Part shown: positions 47,951 through 58,498 of the stretch, piece by piece
How the letters are laid out: the number at the start of each line of letters is the position of its first letter
Position numbering within the stretch: position 1 is the stretch's first letter
Assembly: GCA_965601925.1 (NCBI GenBank)
Contig: OZ271854.1
Coordinates: forward strand, 480,001 to 544,000
DNA: 64,000 nt
DNA from: Alkalispirochaeta sp.
GTDB lineage: Bacteria > Spirochaetota > Spirochaetia > DSM-27196 > Alkalispirochaetaceae
Direction: 5' to 3'
The notes under the pieces: model-generated
The model's input: only the letters and a program-made list of their open reading frames with translations
What the model was told of the DNA's origin: nothing
Database searches by the model: none
Made by a program: the position numbers and the translations under genes

Positions 47951-48571
47951 ATGAAAGGAAACGCAGTAGCAATTGTCGTCGCGCTCCTCGGAGCCTTAGC
48001 GATTGTCGGAGTCGGAGCGCAGGAAGCACGGAACGTGGGCGAACGGATTCTCCCGGGCGGCCTCACGCTTAGCGGCGATCTTGGGGCAAGTACCCTCGAC
48101 GATGAGCCGGTCGGCCTTATCGGTCTCCGGGTCACGACCTCGGCCGGCCGGTGGCTGGACGTCGGACTCTCCTTTGGGGCGGTTCATACCCTCGAGCGCG
48201 ACTACGACGACCTCGCCGGGCGCGAGTATCAGGCGGAGTTCGGCTACGCCTCGATCGTCGTGCGCCCGCGCCTCTCCCTTGGGGAGGTCGTGGAGATCGG
48301 GCTGCCCGTGAGCAGCGGCGTCGGAATCCTCCAGTACCGTTTTGAGCGCCGCTACCGCGAAGAGCTTACGTGGACCGAAGAGTTTCTCGACCGGGAGCCC
48401 GTACACGTCTACACCGCCGGCATCGATATCCGAGTGGCTCTCTCGGAGCGCTTCGGCGCCCGCGTCGAGGGCGGGTACCGCGCGGCGACCGGCCTCGACT
48501 CGCCGCTGGCGGAGAGGGATACCGCCAACGGCCCTTACACCATAGCCGGTGTCGTCTTCCGTCCCTGGTAG
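47951..48571 (+). CDS. Outer-membrane beta-barrel protein
   Basis: SD GGAGG, signal peptide ending VGA-QE, amphipathic strands (YTAGIDIRV, ARVEGGYR) and an aromatic C-terminus. Confidence 0.7.
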   Translation: MKGNAVAIVVALLGALAIVGVGAQEARNVGERILPGGLTLSGDLGASTLDDEPVGLIGLRVTTSAGRWLDVGLSFGAVHTLERDYDDLAGREYQAEFGYASIVVRPRLSLGEVVEIGLPVSSGVGILQYRFERRYREELTWTEEFLDREPVHVYTAGIDIRVALSERFGARVEGGYRAATGLDSPLAERDTANGPYTIAGVVFRPW

Positions 48572-48586
48572 TCTTCCGCGCCGACA

Positions 48587-48612
48587 GTGGCGTTCCGAGA
48601 ACGGAGCGCCAC
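48587..48612 (+). terminator. Hairpin downstream of the beta-barrel gene
   Basis: GTGGCGTTCCG-AGAA-CGGAGCGCCAC, an 11-bp stem with no U-tract. Confidence 0.4.
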
Positions 48613-48646
48613 GGCGGGAGGCGCCGTCGTATCGGTTTGGGTATAG

Positions 48647-48828
48647 GGCGACGCGACTTCGGGCTCTGCCCGCTGAGCGGCGACACGCACCCACCCGATC
48701 CGACCTATGAACATACCGGCGGGGACGCACGGCACTCCGTTGGACTCCAGGCTCGGGTCCGGAGAGTAGACACGATCAAGCCCTTGGGTGGATACCGTCA
48801 CCGCGGCCCGCGTTGGAATCGCGACGCC
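48647..48828 (-). ncRNA. Candidate structured non-coding RNA of unknown family
   Basis: Nested long-range helices closed by two apical hairpins, with about nine G-U wobbles that pair only on the minus strand. Intergenic. Confidence 0.4.
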
Positions 48829-48923
48829 ACCGAAACGATGGAGTCGTACCGGAAACCAACCGATTCAAGACGACGCTGCCGTCGGCTAAGTGCTCTTCAT
48901 GCTTGGAAGGACGATATCAGGGG

Positions 48924-49367
48924 CTATGACGACTTCTCTCCGATCTCCCCGCGCTCTAGAAGGAGAGTGCGGACCCGGCGCAACCACCACGTCCACAAGA
49001 CGTTGAACGCCGCAAAGATGAACAGGAACCCCGCGAGCGCCCACGGTACGCCGTGCGCGCCCTCGACGATACTGATCAAAATCCCCGCTACCGCCCCCCA
49101 ACTCCAAATTATCTTGAGATTGAGAAGCGCCGGAAAGGCGGAGAGCGGCGCACTACGCGCCAGGAAGCTCTCGATCCCGATACCGAAGAGCGCCGCAGCG
49201 ACGAGCCTTGAGGCAACGGGATCGACCCTCGTCCAACCGAGGGCGGAGAGAAAGAACCTCGGTGCGACGAGGAGCGGAATTGCAAAGAGGACGTCGAGGA
49301 CAAAGTGAACGAAGAACCATCGCTTGAGGGCCGTCGGCACACTGGCTGATGTCGTGGCGTCGTCCAT
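48924..49367 (-). CDS. Small membrane protein, unknown function
   Basis: 147 aa with four hydrophobic segments and DPVASRLVAAAL. Confidence 0.7.
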   Translation of the reverse strand: MDDATTSASVPTALKRWFFVHFVLDVLFAIPLLVAPRFFLSALGWTRVDPVASRLVAAALFGIGIESFLARSAPLSAFPALLNLKIIWSWGAVAGILISIVEGAHGVPWALAGFLFIFAAFNVLWTWWLRRVRTLLLERGEIGEKSS

Positions 49368-49455
49368 GACTACAATCTACGGTGCGCAGGGTGATATGGG
49401 CAAACGAGGATTTGCGTGATGCACACCGTCGAGATATCGGCCGGCGTGCGTGCGC

Positions 49456-50334
49456 CTACTGCGCCGCCCGCGTAGCGGGATGGTCCGAGGTGCGCGCGAG
49501 AATAATTGCCGCACCGAGAATAAGCGCACCGCCTGCGACGACCGATACGCCGATCGGCTCACCGAGGAACAGGGCAGCCAGAACGACCGCCGTCACCGGC
49601 TCGAACGTCGACAACACCGAGGCGTTTGTCGGACCGATCGCCGCTAGACCGACGAGGAACAGCGTCACCGCGACGACGGTGGAGATGATCGCCACACCGA
49701 GTATACCGGTCCATCCGAAGAACGAGGTGGGTACGGTGAGGCCGTGCGCCGCCGCCAGAGCGCCGAAGACGACTCCGGCCGATGCCATGACGATCACGGA
49801 TCCGCTTAATGGAGAGGTGTTCTTCAGGGTCCTCGTTCCCACCATGATTTATCCGGAGTAGATTAGCGCGGAGGCCACGCCGAAGAGAATTCCGAGAGGA
49901 CGAGCGTCGAGCTGCGGTCCCACGGTCAGAACGGTTCCGATAAAGGCCGCCCCTACGGCGGCCGCACGCAGCAGCGTGAGACGCTCGCGGAACAAGACCA
50001 CCGAGAGTACGGCGACGATCGACGGGTACAGATAGAGCAAGATGACCGCAAGCCCGACGTTTGCCAACGTCATGGCACTAAAAAAAGAAAACGCCTGCCC
50101 CACGTACCCGACGCCGCCCATGAGTGACAGCCCTATGAGAGTACGCCCGCTCGGGAACCGATCCCCGCGCAGTGCTACGACCGCAGTCATGACGATCGCG
50201 GCGATCCCGAATCGGAAAAACAAAAGACTGACGGTAGATACCCCTTCATCGTACGCCAATCGCGCAAAGAGGGGCATCATGCCGAAGGCGACCGACGATA
50301 CGACCACCATGAGCACACCGAACCGTTTGGACAT
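49456..50334 (-). pseudogene. EamA/DMT transporter interrupted by one in-frame TAA (49849-49851)
   Basis: First EamA repeat (LLFFRF..ILLYLYP..LFRERL) and second repeat (IGPTNASVLSTFEPV..LFLGE) are in the same frame, joined by YSG*IMVG. Confidence 0.85.
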
Positions 50335-50570
50335 ACATTCTCCGTACGTGTACCGATTGTGAACGTGGCGTACCGCCGGGCGCCGACGGTACCGGGTTCC
50401 ACGGTAGCCGTACCTTATACGCACACACCGGAAGAGTACAATTGCAAACGCGCTATATCGAGCATTGGTACGGCGGACTTGCTCGAACGGCATCGTAGGC
50501 GCGACCGTTCGACAAGAAAGGCGGCGAGTGCACGCCTCGCCGCCCATCCTCGGAGATACCGATCGGTCCG

Positions 50571-52130
50571 TCAGCGCGCCAAGCTCAGTTTCATCGCCTC
50601 CGGGGCGAAGATGCGCTCTTCCATGAGACGCAAATTCTCACTCACAATCGGCTCGAAGTCCATGTGCGCAAGGATATCCTTTTCGAGATCGATTCCGGGA
50701 GCGATCTCCACCAACTTGAGCCCCCTGGGGGTAAGCTCAAAGACCGCCCGCTCGGTGATGTACATTACCGGCTGCTCCGTCTCGATTGCGTACTCACCGC
50801 TGAACGTCTTGTGCTCGACTTGGGAGACGAACTTCTTGATGCGTCCCTCCTGCACGATCACCAACTTCCCGTCCTCGACTTCAACCTTCAATCCGCCGGC
50901 GGTAAAGGTACCGGTATAGAAGACCTTCTTCGCGTTCTGGGTGATATTGATGAACCCGCCGGCACCGGCAAACTTCGGCCCGAACTTGCTGACGTTCAGG
51001 TTCCCTTCGGCATCGACCTGAGCCAATCCGAGAAATGCCAAATCGAGGCCGCCGCCGTCGTAGAAGTCGAATTGCGCGGGCTGATCGAGGAGCGATTCCA
51101 TATTGGTGGCGGCACCGAAGCTGAGGCCCCCTGCGGGAATACCGCCGACCGGTCCCGGCTCGACGGTGAGGGTCAACGCTTGGAGCACCCCCTCTTCCGC
51201 CGCAACCGAGGCGACCCCTTCGGGCATACCGATACCGAGATTGACGACCGCGCCGTCCTCGAGTTCCATCGCCGCGCGGCGACAGATGATTTTGCGCTCG
51301 TTGAGATCGATCGGCGGGATGCTGTCGGCCGGTACGCGCAACGTACCGGTGTAGGCCGGGTTGAACTGTTCGGCAAAGGTCTGCCAGTGGTTCTCCGGCT
51401 TCGCGGTTACCACATAGTCGACGAGAATACCGGGCACGACCACATCCCGAGGGCGCAAGGTGCCGAACTCGGCGACACGCTCCACTTGGGCGATGACGAT
51501 GCCGCCGCTGTTGCGTACCGCTTGCGCCATGGCGAGGTTCTCGAGGACCAACGCCTCTTTTTGATAGGTCAAGTTACCGCGCGTGTCGGCAACGGTCGCG
51601 CGAATGAACGCCACATCGACGGGCATCGCCTTGTACCACAAGTACTCTTTACCGTCGAGCTCCAATAGCGACACGATATCTTCGGTCGTGCGCTCGTTCA
51701 TCTTTCCACCGCCGTTGCGCGGATCGACGAAGGTCTTGAGCCCGACGTGAGTAATGTGCCCCGGACGGTGGCCGGCGATCGCACGAAAGAGGTGAGAAAT
51801 ACATCCCTGCGGTAGGTTGTACGCCTCGATTTCGTTCTCGATCGCCATCGCGCCGAGCTTGGGCGCGAGCCCCCAGTGGCCGCCGATGACGCGCCGCACG
51901 AGCCCTTTGTGGGCGAAGTGATTCAGACCCTTCTCTTTACCGTCGCCCTGCCCGGCGGCGTAGATCAAATCGAGGTTGCGCGGTTGTCCCGTCTCGAGAA
52001 ACCGCTTCTCCAGCGCAACGGCCAACTCTTCACAGAATCCGCTTCCGACGAACCCCTCCGACGCCAAGGTGGCGCCGTCGGGTATTTGAGACACCGCGTA
52101 CTCCGCGGTGACGATCTTCTTCTTGCTCAT
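50571..52130 (-). CDS. Family I CoA-transferase (propionate/acetate CoA-transferase, Pct/YdiF type)
   Basis: Motifs [37 protein letters not shown], catalytic [13 protein letters not shown] and YITERAVF. Confidence 0.93.
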   Translation of the reverse strand: MSKKKIVTAEYAVSQIPDGATLASEGFVGSGFCEELAVALEKRFLETGQPRNLDLIYAAGQGDGKEKGLNHFAHKGLVRRVIGGHWGLAPKLGAMAIENEIEAYNLPQGCISHLFRAIAGHRPGHITHVGLKTFVDPRNGGGKMNERTTEDIVSLLELDGKEYLWYKAMPVDVAFIRATVADTRGNLTYQKEALVLENLAMAQAVRNSGGIVIAQVERVAEFGTLRPRDVVVPGILVDYVVTAKPENHWQTFAEQFNPAYTGTLRVPADSIPPIDLNERKIICRRAAMELEDGAVVNLGIGMPEGVASVAAEEGVLQALTLTVEPGPVGGIPAGGLSFGAATNMESLLDQPAQFDFYDGGGLDLAFLGLAQVDAEGNLNVSKFGPKFAGAGGFINITQNAKKVFYTGTFTAGGLKVEVEDGKLVIVQEGRIKKFVSQVEHKTFSGEYAIETEQPVMYITERAVFELTPRGLKLVEIAPGIDLEKDILAHMDFEPIVSENLRLMEERIFAPEAMKLSLAR

Positions 52131-53479
52131 TACACCAATCCCGTAATCATGTGCAACAGAATGACGACGAGAGTAGCGATCAGGGGCGTGGCTATGGTCA
52201 TCATTGCAATATCGCCGTACGACTCTTTATGCGTTAGTCTGGTTACCGCCAACAACGTGATAATCGCGCCGCTATGGGGCAAGGTGTCCAAACCGCCGGA
52301 GGCCATGATCATCACACGGTGCAGAACCTGCGGATTGATGTTCATCGCCAGGAACTCCTCGGAGAGAACGCTGAGGGCAATCGCCGTGCCACCGGAGGAG
52401 GAACCGACGATACCGGCGAGGAGCGTCGTGGAGATCGCCACCTTGAACAGCGACGGAATAGCGAGGGCCACGATTCCCGCCTGTACCGTTGCGAAGGCCG
52501 CCAGACCGCGAATGACGCCGCCGTACCCGACTTGAGATGCGGTGTTGAAGATCGGGAGAAGGGCGCCGGAGGAACCGTCGAACACCTCTTTGTTCGGCTG
52601 CTTGATGTGCTTGCGCATAGTGATCAGGATCAACACGACCGCCGTGCTCAGCGCGATAATGACCGGCCAGGTGCCGTTCACCCCGTTCTCTCCGAACGAC
52701 TCGACGACCGCCGGAACCTCGAAGATCCAGTTGGTGATGATGAAGTTCAGCACGAAGACCAGGAGAATCGGGATAACCGAGAGCCAAATGCCGGGAAGAT
52801 CGCCGTTGGGCAGGTCGAGGCCCTCGTCCTGATGGTCGCCGTAGCCCTCACCGGCAAGCGCGGCCTGATTCACGCGGCGCTTAAGCCACCACAGTCCGAG
52901 CCCTACGCTCACCGCCGATCCTACCAGACCGAGAACGGGCGCAGCGTAGATATTCGTACCGAAGAAGACCGTCGGCATCGTATTGAGAAACTGAGGCGAA
53001 CCGGGCATCGCGGTCATCGTGAAGGTGAATGCTCCCAACGCGATCGCCGCGGGCAACAACCGTTTCGGTGCGTTGGCCTCCTTCAAGAGACTGGCGCCGA
53101 TCGGGTACATCGCAAAGACGACGACGAACAGCGAAACACCGCCGTAGGTAAGAAGTGCCGTGGCGATGACGATGACGGCGATGGCGCGCTCTTTCCCGAA
53201 CGTTTGCCCGATGACCTGGGCGATCTTGGTCGCCGCACCGCTGGCGCCCATCAACTTTCCGAAGATCGCTCCTGCGAGAAAGACCGGGAAAAAAGCCGCA
53301 ATGTAGTTTCCCGCCGCCGGCATGAACTGTGACGACAACGCAACCAGCGGGCTGACCTCCTGCGACAGAAGCGCCGCGGCCATCGCCAAGAGAGGCGCCA
53401 GGACGAGTACCGACACGCCGCGGTATGCAAAGTACATGAGCGCGACGAGGGTCAGTATGATTGCCAATACTCCTAACAT
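52130..53479 (-). CDS. GntP-family organic acid permease
   Basis: Motifs [34 protein letters not shown] and LDTLPHSGA. Confidence 0.88.
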   Translation of the reverse strand: MLGVLAIILTLVALMYFAYRGVSVLVLAPLLAMAAALLSQEVSPLVALSSQFMPAAGNYIAAFFPVFLAGAIFGKLMGASGAATKIAQVIGQTFGKERAIAVIVIATALLTYGGVSLFVVVFAMYPIGASLLKEANAPKRLLPAAIALGAFTFTMTAMPGSPQFLNTMPTVFFGTNIYAAPVLGLVGSAVSVGLGLWWLKRRVNQAALAGEGYGDHQDEGLDLPNGDLPGIWLSVIPILLVFVLNFIITNWIFEVPAVVESFGENGVNGTWPVIIALSTAVVLILITMRKHIKQPNKEVFDGSSGALLPIFNTASQVGYGGVIRGLAAFATVQAGIVALAIPSLFKVAISTTLLAGIVGSSSGGTAIALSVLSEEFLAMNINPQVLHRVMIMASGGLDTLPHSGAIITLLAVTRLTHKESYGDIAMMTIATPLIATLVVILLHMITGLV

Positions 53480-53506
53480 GATTCTCCTCCGTGTTGTGTA
53501 TGGTTT

Positions 53507-53998
53507 TTACGTGATGAGATTTCCGAATGTGTAGGCGATCGCCACGACGATCACCAGACACGTCACGATCAAAAGTGCTTGCGGAACGAGCGTCGACTTT
53601 TCCAGGATTTCCCGATGCCGCTCGGTGATGCATTCGACCCGTCGCTTCGATAGGATCACGCGCAACTCCAGGAATGTCTTTATCGCCATTACGCCGGCGA
53701 CGCCCAAGGAGAGGCGGTACAGGAGACTGATGTCACGAATGACGTAGTGCTCGGCTACGCTGACGACCGATGACGCCAGCACCGCAATAAGTAGCGCGAA
53801 GTCGGTCGCCAAATCGCGTCGGGAATGCTCGCGAAGATCGCCGAACGCCATATAGGCGAAGAGGATCGCCAGATGGAAGTATTTCTGCTCTTGGGGCCAA
53901 TAGATTTGCTGCCCGATAACAAACGCCAGGGACGAAAGAAAGACGTACTTGTACACCGAAGCAGTAACCGGTATCGAAAGTCGGCCGGTAGATATCAT
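53507..53998 (-). CDS. Hypothetical membrane protein
   Basis: 163 aa hydrophobic ORF with SD GGAG, inside the operon. Confidence 0.65.
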   Translation of the reverse strand: MISTGRLSIPVTASVYKYVFLSSLAFVIGQQIYWPQEQKYFHLAILFAYMAFGDLREHSRRDLATDFALLIAVLASSVVSVAEHYVIRDISLLYRLSLGVAGVMAIKTFLELRVILSKRRVECITERHREILEKSTLVPQALLIVTCLVIVVAIAYTFGNLIT

Positions 53999-54073
53999 GG
54001 TTGCTCCCTTCCGCGTGAGACGAGCCGGTTCGACGGACGCGCACTCCCGCCGACGCCCGTCGAACCGGTTTCG

Positions 54074-54865
54074 CTATTTCGCGATCATTCCGCTGATCAT
54101 TCCGCCGGTCACCTCAATGGTGGCGGCGTCGATCGCATCGTTTTCGATGACCGCTTCGATCGCCCGCGCGATCTCTTCGGGCTCTATGAGTCGCTGTATG
54201 TGCACCGTCGACACGATACGGTCCAGGGCCTTTTGATCCATTCCCTTGACCATCGGCGTTCCGACGTACCCCGGCGCAATGGAGTTGACGCGGATATTGG
54301 TGATGTTGCGCATCGCAAACTCACCGACGAGAATCTTGGGCCATATCGCCACGGCCGCCTTCGTAGATGAGTAATTGAGCTGCCCGACCCCGCCCTCTTT
54401 CTGGATCGAAGAGATCGTAAAGAGTGCGCCGGGCCACCCGTTATCGACCATGCGTACCGCCGCTTCTCGTAAGGTGATGAAGGTTCCGGTCAAGTTGATA
54501 TCGACGACGAGACGAAAGTCCGCGGTGGTCATCGCCCGTTTGACCTTCCCCGTCTCTTTGTCGGTAGAGATGAACAGGCCGTCTCTGATGATCCCCGCGC
54601 ACGGCACGACGACGTTAATGGCGCCGTACGTCTCGACGGCGAAGTCCATCAGCGCCGCGACGGCCGCGTCGTCGGTTACATCGGCCGTGGTGCCGGCCAC
54701 CTCAAACCCAGCCGCCTTCATATCCGAAACGACGGTGTCGATACCCGTCTGATTCATGTCGCCGATGACCACGCGCGCACCCTTGGACGCGAGATGGCGC
54801 ACGACCGCCTCTCCGATACCGCTTGCACCGCCGGTTACAACGGCCACCAGCCCTTTGATATCCAT
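54074..54865 (-). CDS. SDR oxidoreductase (FabG/PhaB-like 3-oxoacyl reductase)
   Basis: Motifs TGGASGIG, AGIIRDG, NLTG, YSSTK and IAPG. SD GGAGG before ATG 54865. Confidence 0.9.
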   Translation of the reverse strand: MDIKGLVAVVTGGASGIGEAVVRHLASKGARVVIGDMNQTGIDTVVSDMKAAGFEVAGTTADVTDDAAVAALMDFAVETYGAINVVVPCAGIIRDGLFISTDKETGKVKRAMTTADFRLVVDINLTGTFITLREAAVRMVDNGWPGALFTISSIQKEGGVGQLNYSSTKAAVAIWPKILVGEFAMRNITNIRVNSIAPGYVGTPMVKGMDQKALDRIVSTVHIQRLIEPEEIARAIEAVIENDAIDAATIEVTGGMISGMIAK

Positions 54866-54883
54866 GAGTCCTCCGTATGAATT

Positions 54884-54921
54884 AGTGACCTGAGTCACTG
54901 ACTTGGTTGTTGACCCAGTCA
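54884..54921. promoter_or_regulatory. TGAC-N3/4-GTCA operator cluster
   Basis: AGTGACCTGAGTCACT, TGACTTGGTT and TGACCCAGTCA between the SDR and TetR genes. Confidence 0.6.
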
Positions 54922-55048
54922 TTCTATGAGCAATCCTGCTCATGGTCAAACTTTTTTTTCAGATCTTTACCCGACGGCCGGCAAAGCAGCCATAGACTCG
55001 TCAAAGGGCCGAAAGAGCGTGTATACTGTCTATACTGGTACAGCGCGC

Positions 55049-55675
55049 ATGCAGGTACGACTCACAAAGCGCCAGCAACAGGCGATCGAAACGAAAAAGC
55101 ATCTCTTCGACACCGCGGTACACTTGTTTAACGAAAAAGGGTACGACAACGTCACGGTTGAAGAGATAACGAGTCAGGCCGGCGTTGCAAAAGGGAGCTT
55201 CTATACCTACTTTCGCTCCAAGAGCGAGATCGTCATCGAGGAGTTCCGCAATATCGACGACTACTACCGCAAGTACGCACGCAACTTGAAGCGTTACCCC
55301 ACCGCCCGGAAACGCATCGTAGCGTTCACTCGAGCTCAGTTGAAATACGTACGCGACGTAGTGGGCATAAAGCTCCTCAAACTACTGTATGTCAACAACA
55401 TAGCCGTGCCCGACAGTGAGCATATTCTCATCGATACCGATCGCTACCTCCATGATCTTATGCAGGAGATGATCGAGTTCGGACAGGAACGTGAAGAACT
55501 ACGCTCCGATGTATCGGCCGATACGTTGGCACTCTATGTGAATCGCGCCATGCGTTCGATGTTTCTGGACTGGGCGATCAGCGATGCGGCATTCGATCTC
55601 GTTACCGAGGGCGTCCGCTTCTGCGAGGTTATCCTGTGCCCGGCGCTGTTGTCGGGTGTCCGATCGCACGAATAG
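55049..55675 (+). CDS. TetR/AcrR-family regulator
   Basis: HTH LFNEKGYDNVTVEEITSQAGVAKGSFYTYFRSK. Confidence 0.92.
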   Translation: MQVRLTKRQQQAIETKKHLFDTAVHLFNEKGYDNVTVEEITSQAGVAKGSFYTYFRSKSEIVIEEFRNIDDYYRKYARNLKRYPTARKRIVAFTRAQLKYVRDVVGIKLLKLLYVNNIAVPDSEHILIDTDRYLHDLMQEMIEFGQEREELRSDVSADTLALYVNRAMRSMFLDWAISDAAFDLVTEGVRFCEVILCPALLSGVRSHE

Positions 55676-55733
55676 CGCTCCACCGATTCGCGGCACACGT
55701 TTGCTCGACGCGTCTCCCGATTATTTCTTTTTC

Positions 55734-55818
55734 TTGACAGCTCGACCATGACGAATTATCGTTGAAAAACGACCCGGTCATCTAAATCCGACTCGGTTGC
55801 TAAACCTCGACCCGGTCA
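55734..55818 (+). promoter_or_regulatory. Thiolase promoter and three GAC-N3-GTY operators
   Basis: TTGACA(55734)-17-TATCGT. Boxes start at 55771, 55790 and 55809. Confidence 0.65.
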
Positions 55819-55844
55819 ACAAAGCGAAGCAAGGAGCTACACAT

Positions 55845-57104
55845 ATGTCGCAAGTGAGCATTGTAGGCGGCTACAACACTCAGTTCGGATCGTTCGTACG
55901 GAAGAATAAAGAGACGGGCGAAATCACGGACCTGAAGCCGCTCCACGAACTTATGGTAGAGGCGGCGCGGGGAGCGATCGAGGATTCCGGTATCGCGCCC
56001 GATGAGATAGATGCGATCTGGATCGGCTCGTTCACACCGGGTCTATTTACCGACCAGGATCACCTGGGGCCGTACATCCTCGAGGCCTTTCCCGAGGCGT
56101 TCCGGTTCAAGCCGACACAACGCGTGGAGGGGGCGTGCGCAAGCTCTTCCATGGCGCTGTATAACGCAGTGTACGGAGTGGAAAGCGGTCGCTACCGCAA
56201 CGTGTTGGTCGTCGGCGCCGAGAAGATGAACACCCGCAACACCAAGCAGGTGACCCACGCACTCGCAACCGCGTCCTACTGGCCCTCCGAGGGTGCACAC
56301 GGCATGACTTTTCCGGGGCTCTTCGCCGAGTACGCTAAAGGCTACAAGGCGCGCTACAACCTCACCGACGAACAGTTGCGCACCATGCTGGCGTCGATCT
56401 CCGCTCTGATGTACAAGAACGGCCTGGAGAATCCCCTGGCGCACTTCGGCAAGGGAAGTCCGGCCGATCGATACCGGCTCGTGACTCCCGAGGCGGTGAT
56501 GGGACTTCCCGAGGAGAAGAATCCGATGATCGCCGAGCCGCTGCGACTCCATGACTGTTCTCTGGTTACCGACGGCGCTGCGGCCGCGGTTCTTACGACG
56601 ACCGAACGCGCCAAGAGCGACTTCGACAGGGCGGTGGAGATAAGCGGCATCGGCCACACGAGTGAGCGGTTGGCGATCGACAAGCGGGAAAACATGCATA
56701 CCCTCATCGCCGCCGAAAGGGCGCGCGATATCGCCTTTGCCGAGGCCGGCGTCACTACCGAGGACATCGACGTCGCGGAAGTGCACGACTGTTTCACGAT
56801 CAACCAGATCCTGTGTACCGAGGCGCTCGGCTTCTCCGCTCCCGGTCGCGGCGGTTACGACTACATGGAGGGACGCTTCGGTGTCGACGACCCGACGGTG
56901 AGCATCAACCTTTCAGGAGGACTCAAGGCAAAGGGCCACCCCGTGGGAGCGACCGGCACATCGATGCATGTACTACTCTATAAGCAACTCGTCGGGGATC
57001 CGATCGGTCTCCCGGCGGCGAGGACTCCGGAAGTGGTCGCAACACTCAACGTCGGCGGTTCGGCGGCGACCAACGCCGTCACGGTTATGAAGCGTATTCG
57101 TTAA
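55845..57104 (+). CDS. Thiolase (SCP2-thiolase-like acetyl-CoA acetyltransferase)
   Basis: Motifs VEGACASSS, VGAEKM, DCSLVTDGAAA, EVHDCF, NLSGGLKAKGHPVGATG and NVGG. Confidence 0.92.
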   Translation: MSQVSIVGGYNTQFGSFVRKNKETGEITDLKPLHELMVEAARGAIEDSGIAPDEIDAIWIGSFTPGLFTDQDHLGPYILEAFPEAFRFKPTQRVEGACASSSMALYNAVYGVESGRYRNVLVVGAEKMNTRNTKQVTHALATASYWPSEGAHGMTFPGLFAEYAKGYKARYNLTDEQLRTMLASISALMYKNGLENPLAHFGKGSPADRYRLVTPEAVMGLPEEKNPMIAEPLRLHDCSLVTDGAAAAVLTTTERAKSDFDRAVEISGIGHTSERLAIDKRENMHTLIAAERARDIAFAEAGVTTEDIDVAEVHDCFTINQILCTEALGFSAPGRGGYDYMEGRFGVDDPTVSINLSGGLKAKGHPVGATGTSMHVLLYKQLVGDPIGLPAARTPEVVATLNVGGSAATNAVTVMKRIR

Positions 57105-57124
57105 GCACCTGCCGTCCCTCCTCC

Positions 57125-57156
57125 AAACCCCGTCGGCCGAGTCGGCGGGGTTTTTC
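57125..57156 (+). terminator. Rho-independent terminator after the thiolase
   Basis: CCCCGTCGGC-CGA-GTCGGCGGGG followed by TTTTT. Confidence 0.85.
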
Positions 57157-57465
57157 TATGCGTGGTTGCGAATCAGTGCGGTGTGGGGTGACTGTCCTCT
57201 CCGCTTCGCCTCCCCTCTACACAGAGCGGAGTCGCGCGTCCGCGGCTCACGATTTCTTTCGTGTAGACGAGGTGCCCGTACGACCGTTTCACGGATGAGC
57301 TCCGAGGACGTTACGGCTGGGTATCGAGGAGAAGCGCGTCGTCAAACACGCCGGCGGAATGTGGTCGGCTATCGGGTCGACATATGACGCGATCCGGCCG
57401 AATATGTCGGCGCGGGCGGCGGGCCCGGCGCCGACGAACGCACACCGGACCGCGCACGCGAAACC

Positions 57466-58476
57466 TCATTGAGACTCGGACAAACTCTCCAGCTCTTCAA
57501 GAATGGCGGGCACTACCTGATTGATGTCGCCGACGACACCGATATCGGCGACGTCGAAGATCGGAGCGTCGGGATTCTTGTTGATCGCTACGATGAAGTC
57601 CGACTCCTCCATCCCCGCCAAGTGCTGAATCTGCCCGGAAATACCGAGGGCGAAATAGAGACCGGGGCGGACCGTCTTTCCGGTTTGGCCGACCTGCCGG
57701 TCTTTCTCCAACCATCCGGCGTCAACCACGGCGCGCGATCCGGACACTTCTCCGGAGAGTCGCTCGGCGAGGGCGTTGACCGACGTCAGCTTGGCGGGGT
57801 GTCCTATACCGCGACCCGCCGAGACCAGTACGTCGGCGTCCTCGATCTTGATACGCTTATGCGCCTCGTGTACCACTTCCAACACCTCTACGTTGAGATC
57901 ATCGGACGAGAGCCCGGCCTCAAAGGTGATCACCTCACCGGTCCGCTTCTCGTCGAAGTCGGGGCGGTGCACGACCCCCGGGCGGACCGTCGACATTTGG
58001 GGGCGATGGTGGGGACAGATGATGGTCGCCATAATATTGCCGCCGAAGGCCGGGCGCGTCATCAGCAGATCTTCCGTGTCCGGATCGATATCGAGGGATG
58101 TGCAGTCGGCGGTGAGGCCGGTATATATTCTTGCCCCCACCCGAGGGGCAAGATCGCGACCGATTGCGGTGGCGCCGAAGAGCACAATCTCCGGTTTCTC
58201 CGACTCGATCGCCCCGGCAATCGCTTTTGTATACGGCTCGGTCGTGTAATGCTCCAGTACCGCGTGGTCTATTACCACGACGCGGTCGGCACCGCACCCG
58301 ATCGCATCGGCGGCGAGAGCCGCGATACCGTTGCCTGCAATGACCGCCACGACGTGCTGCTTACGCACGTCGGCGAGCTCGCGTGCCTTTCCCAGGAGCT
58401 CCAGGGATACGGGCTGAATCGTGCCCTGACGCTGCTCGACAATCACCATTACGTTTCTATAGTCGTCTCTGTTCAT
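57466..58476 (-). CDS. etfA: Electron transfer flavoprotein alpha subunit
   Basis: Motifs GRDLAPR, GLTADCT, TRPAFGGN, RQVGQTGKTV and GISGQIQHLAGM. Confidence 0.95.
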   Translation of the reverse strand: MNRDDYRNVMVIVEQRQGTIQPVSLELLGKARELADVRKQHVVAVIAGNGIAALAADAIGCGADRVVVIDHAVLEHYTTEPYTKAIAGAIESEKPEIVLFGATAIGRDLAPRVGARIYTGLTADCTSLDIDPDTEDLLMTRPAFGGNIMATIICPHHRPQMSTVRPGVVHRPDFDEKRTGEVITFEAGLSSDDLNVEVLEVVHEAHKRIKIEDADVLVSAGRGIGHPAKLTSVNALAERLSGEVSGSRAVVDAGWLEKDRQVGQTGKTVRPGLYFALGISGQIQHLAGMEESDFIVAINKNPDAPIFDVADIGVVGDINQVVPAILEELESLSESQ

Positions 58477-58498
58477 CGAGAACCCTTTCCTCTCACCG

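Noticed and set aside
48647..48828. Assignment as 6S or SRP RNA
   Set aside because: The apex is branched rather than a simple rod with a central bubble, and the SRP GGAAGGAAGCAG motif is absent. Kept only as an unassigned candidate.
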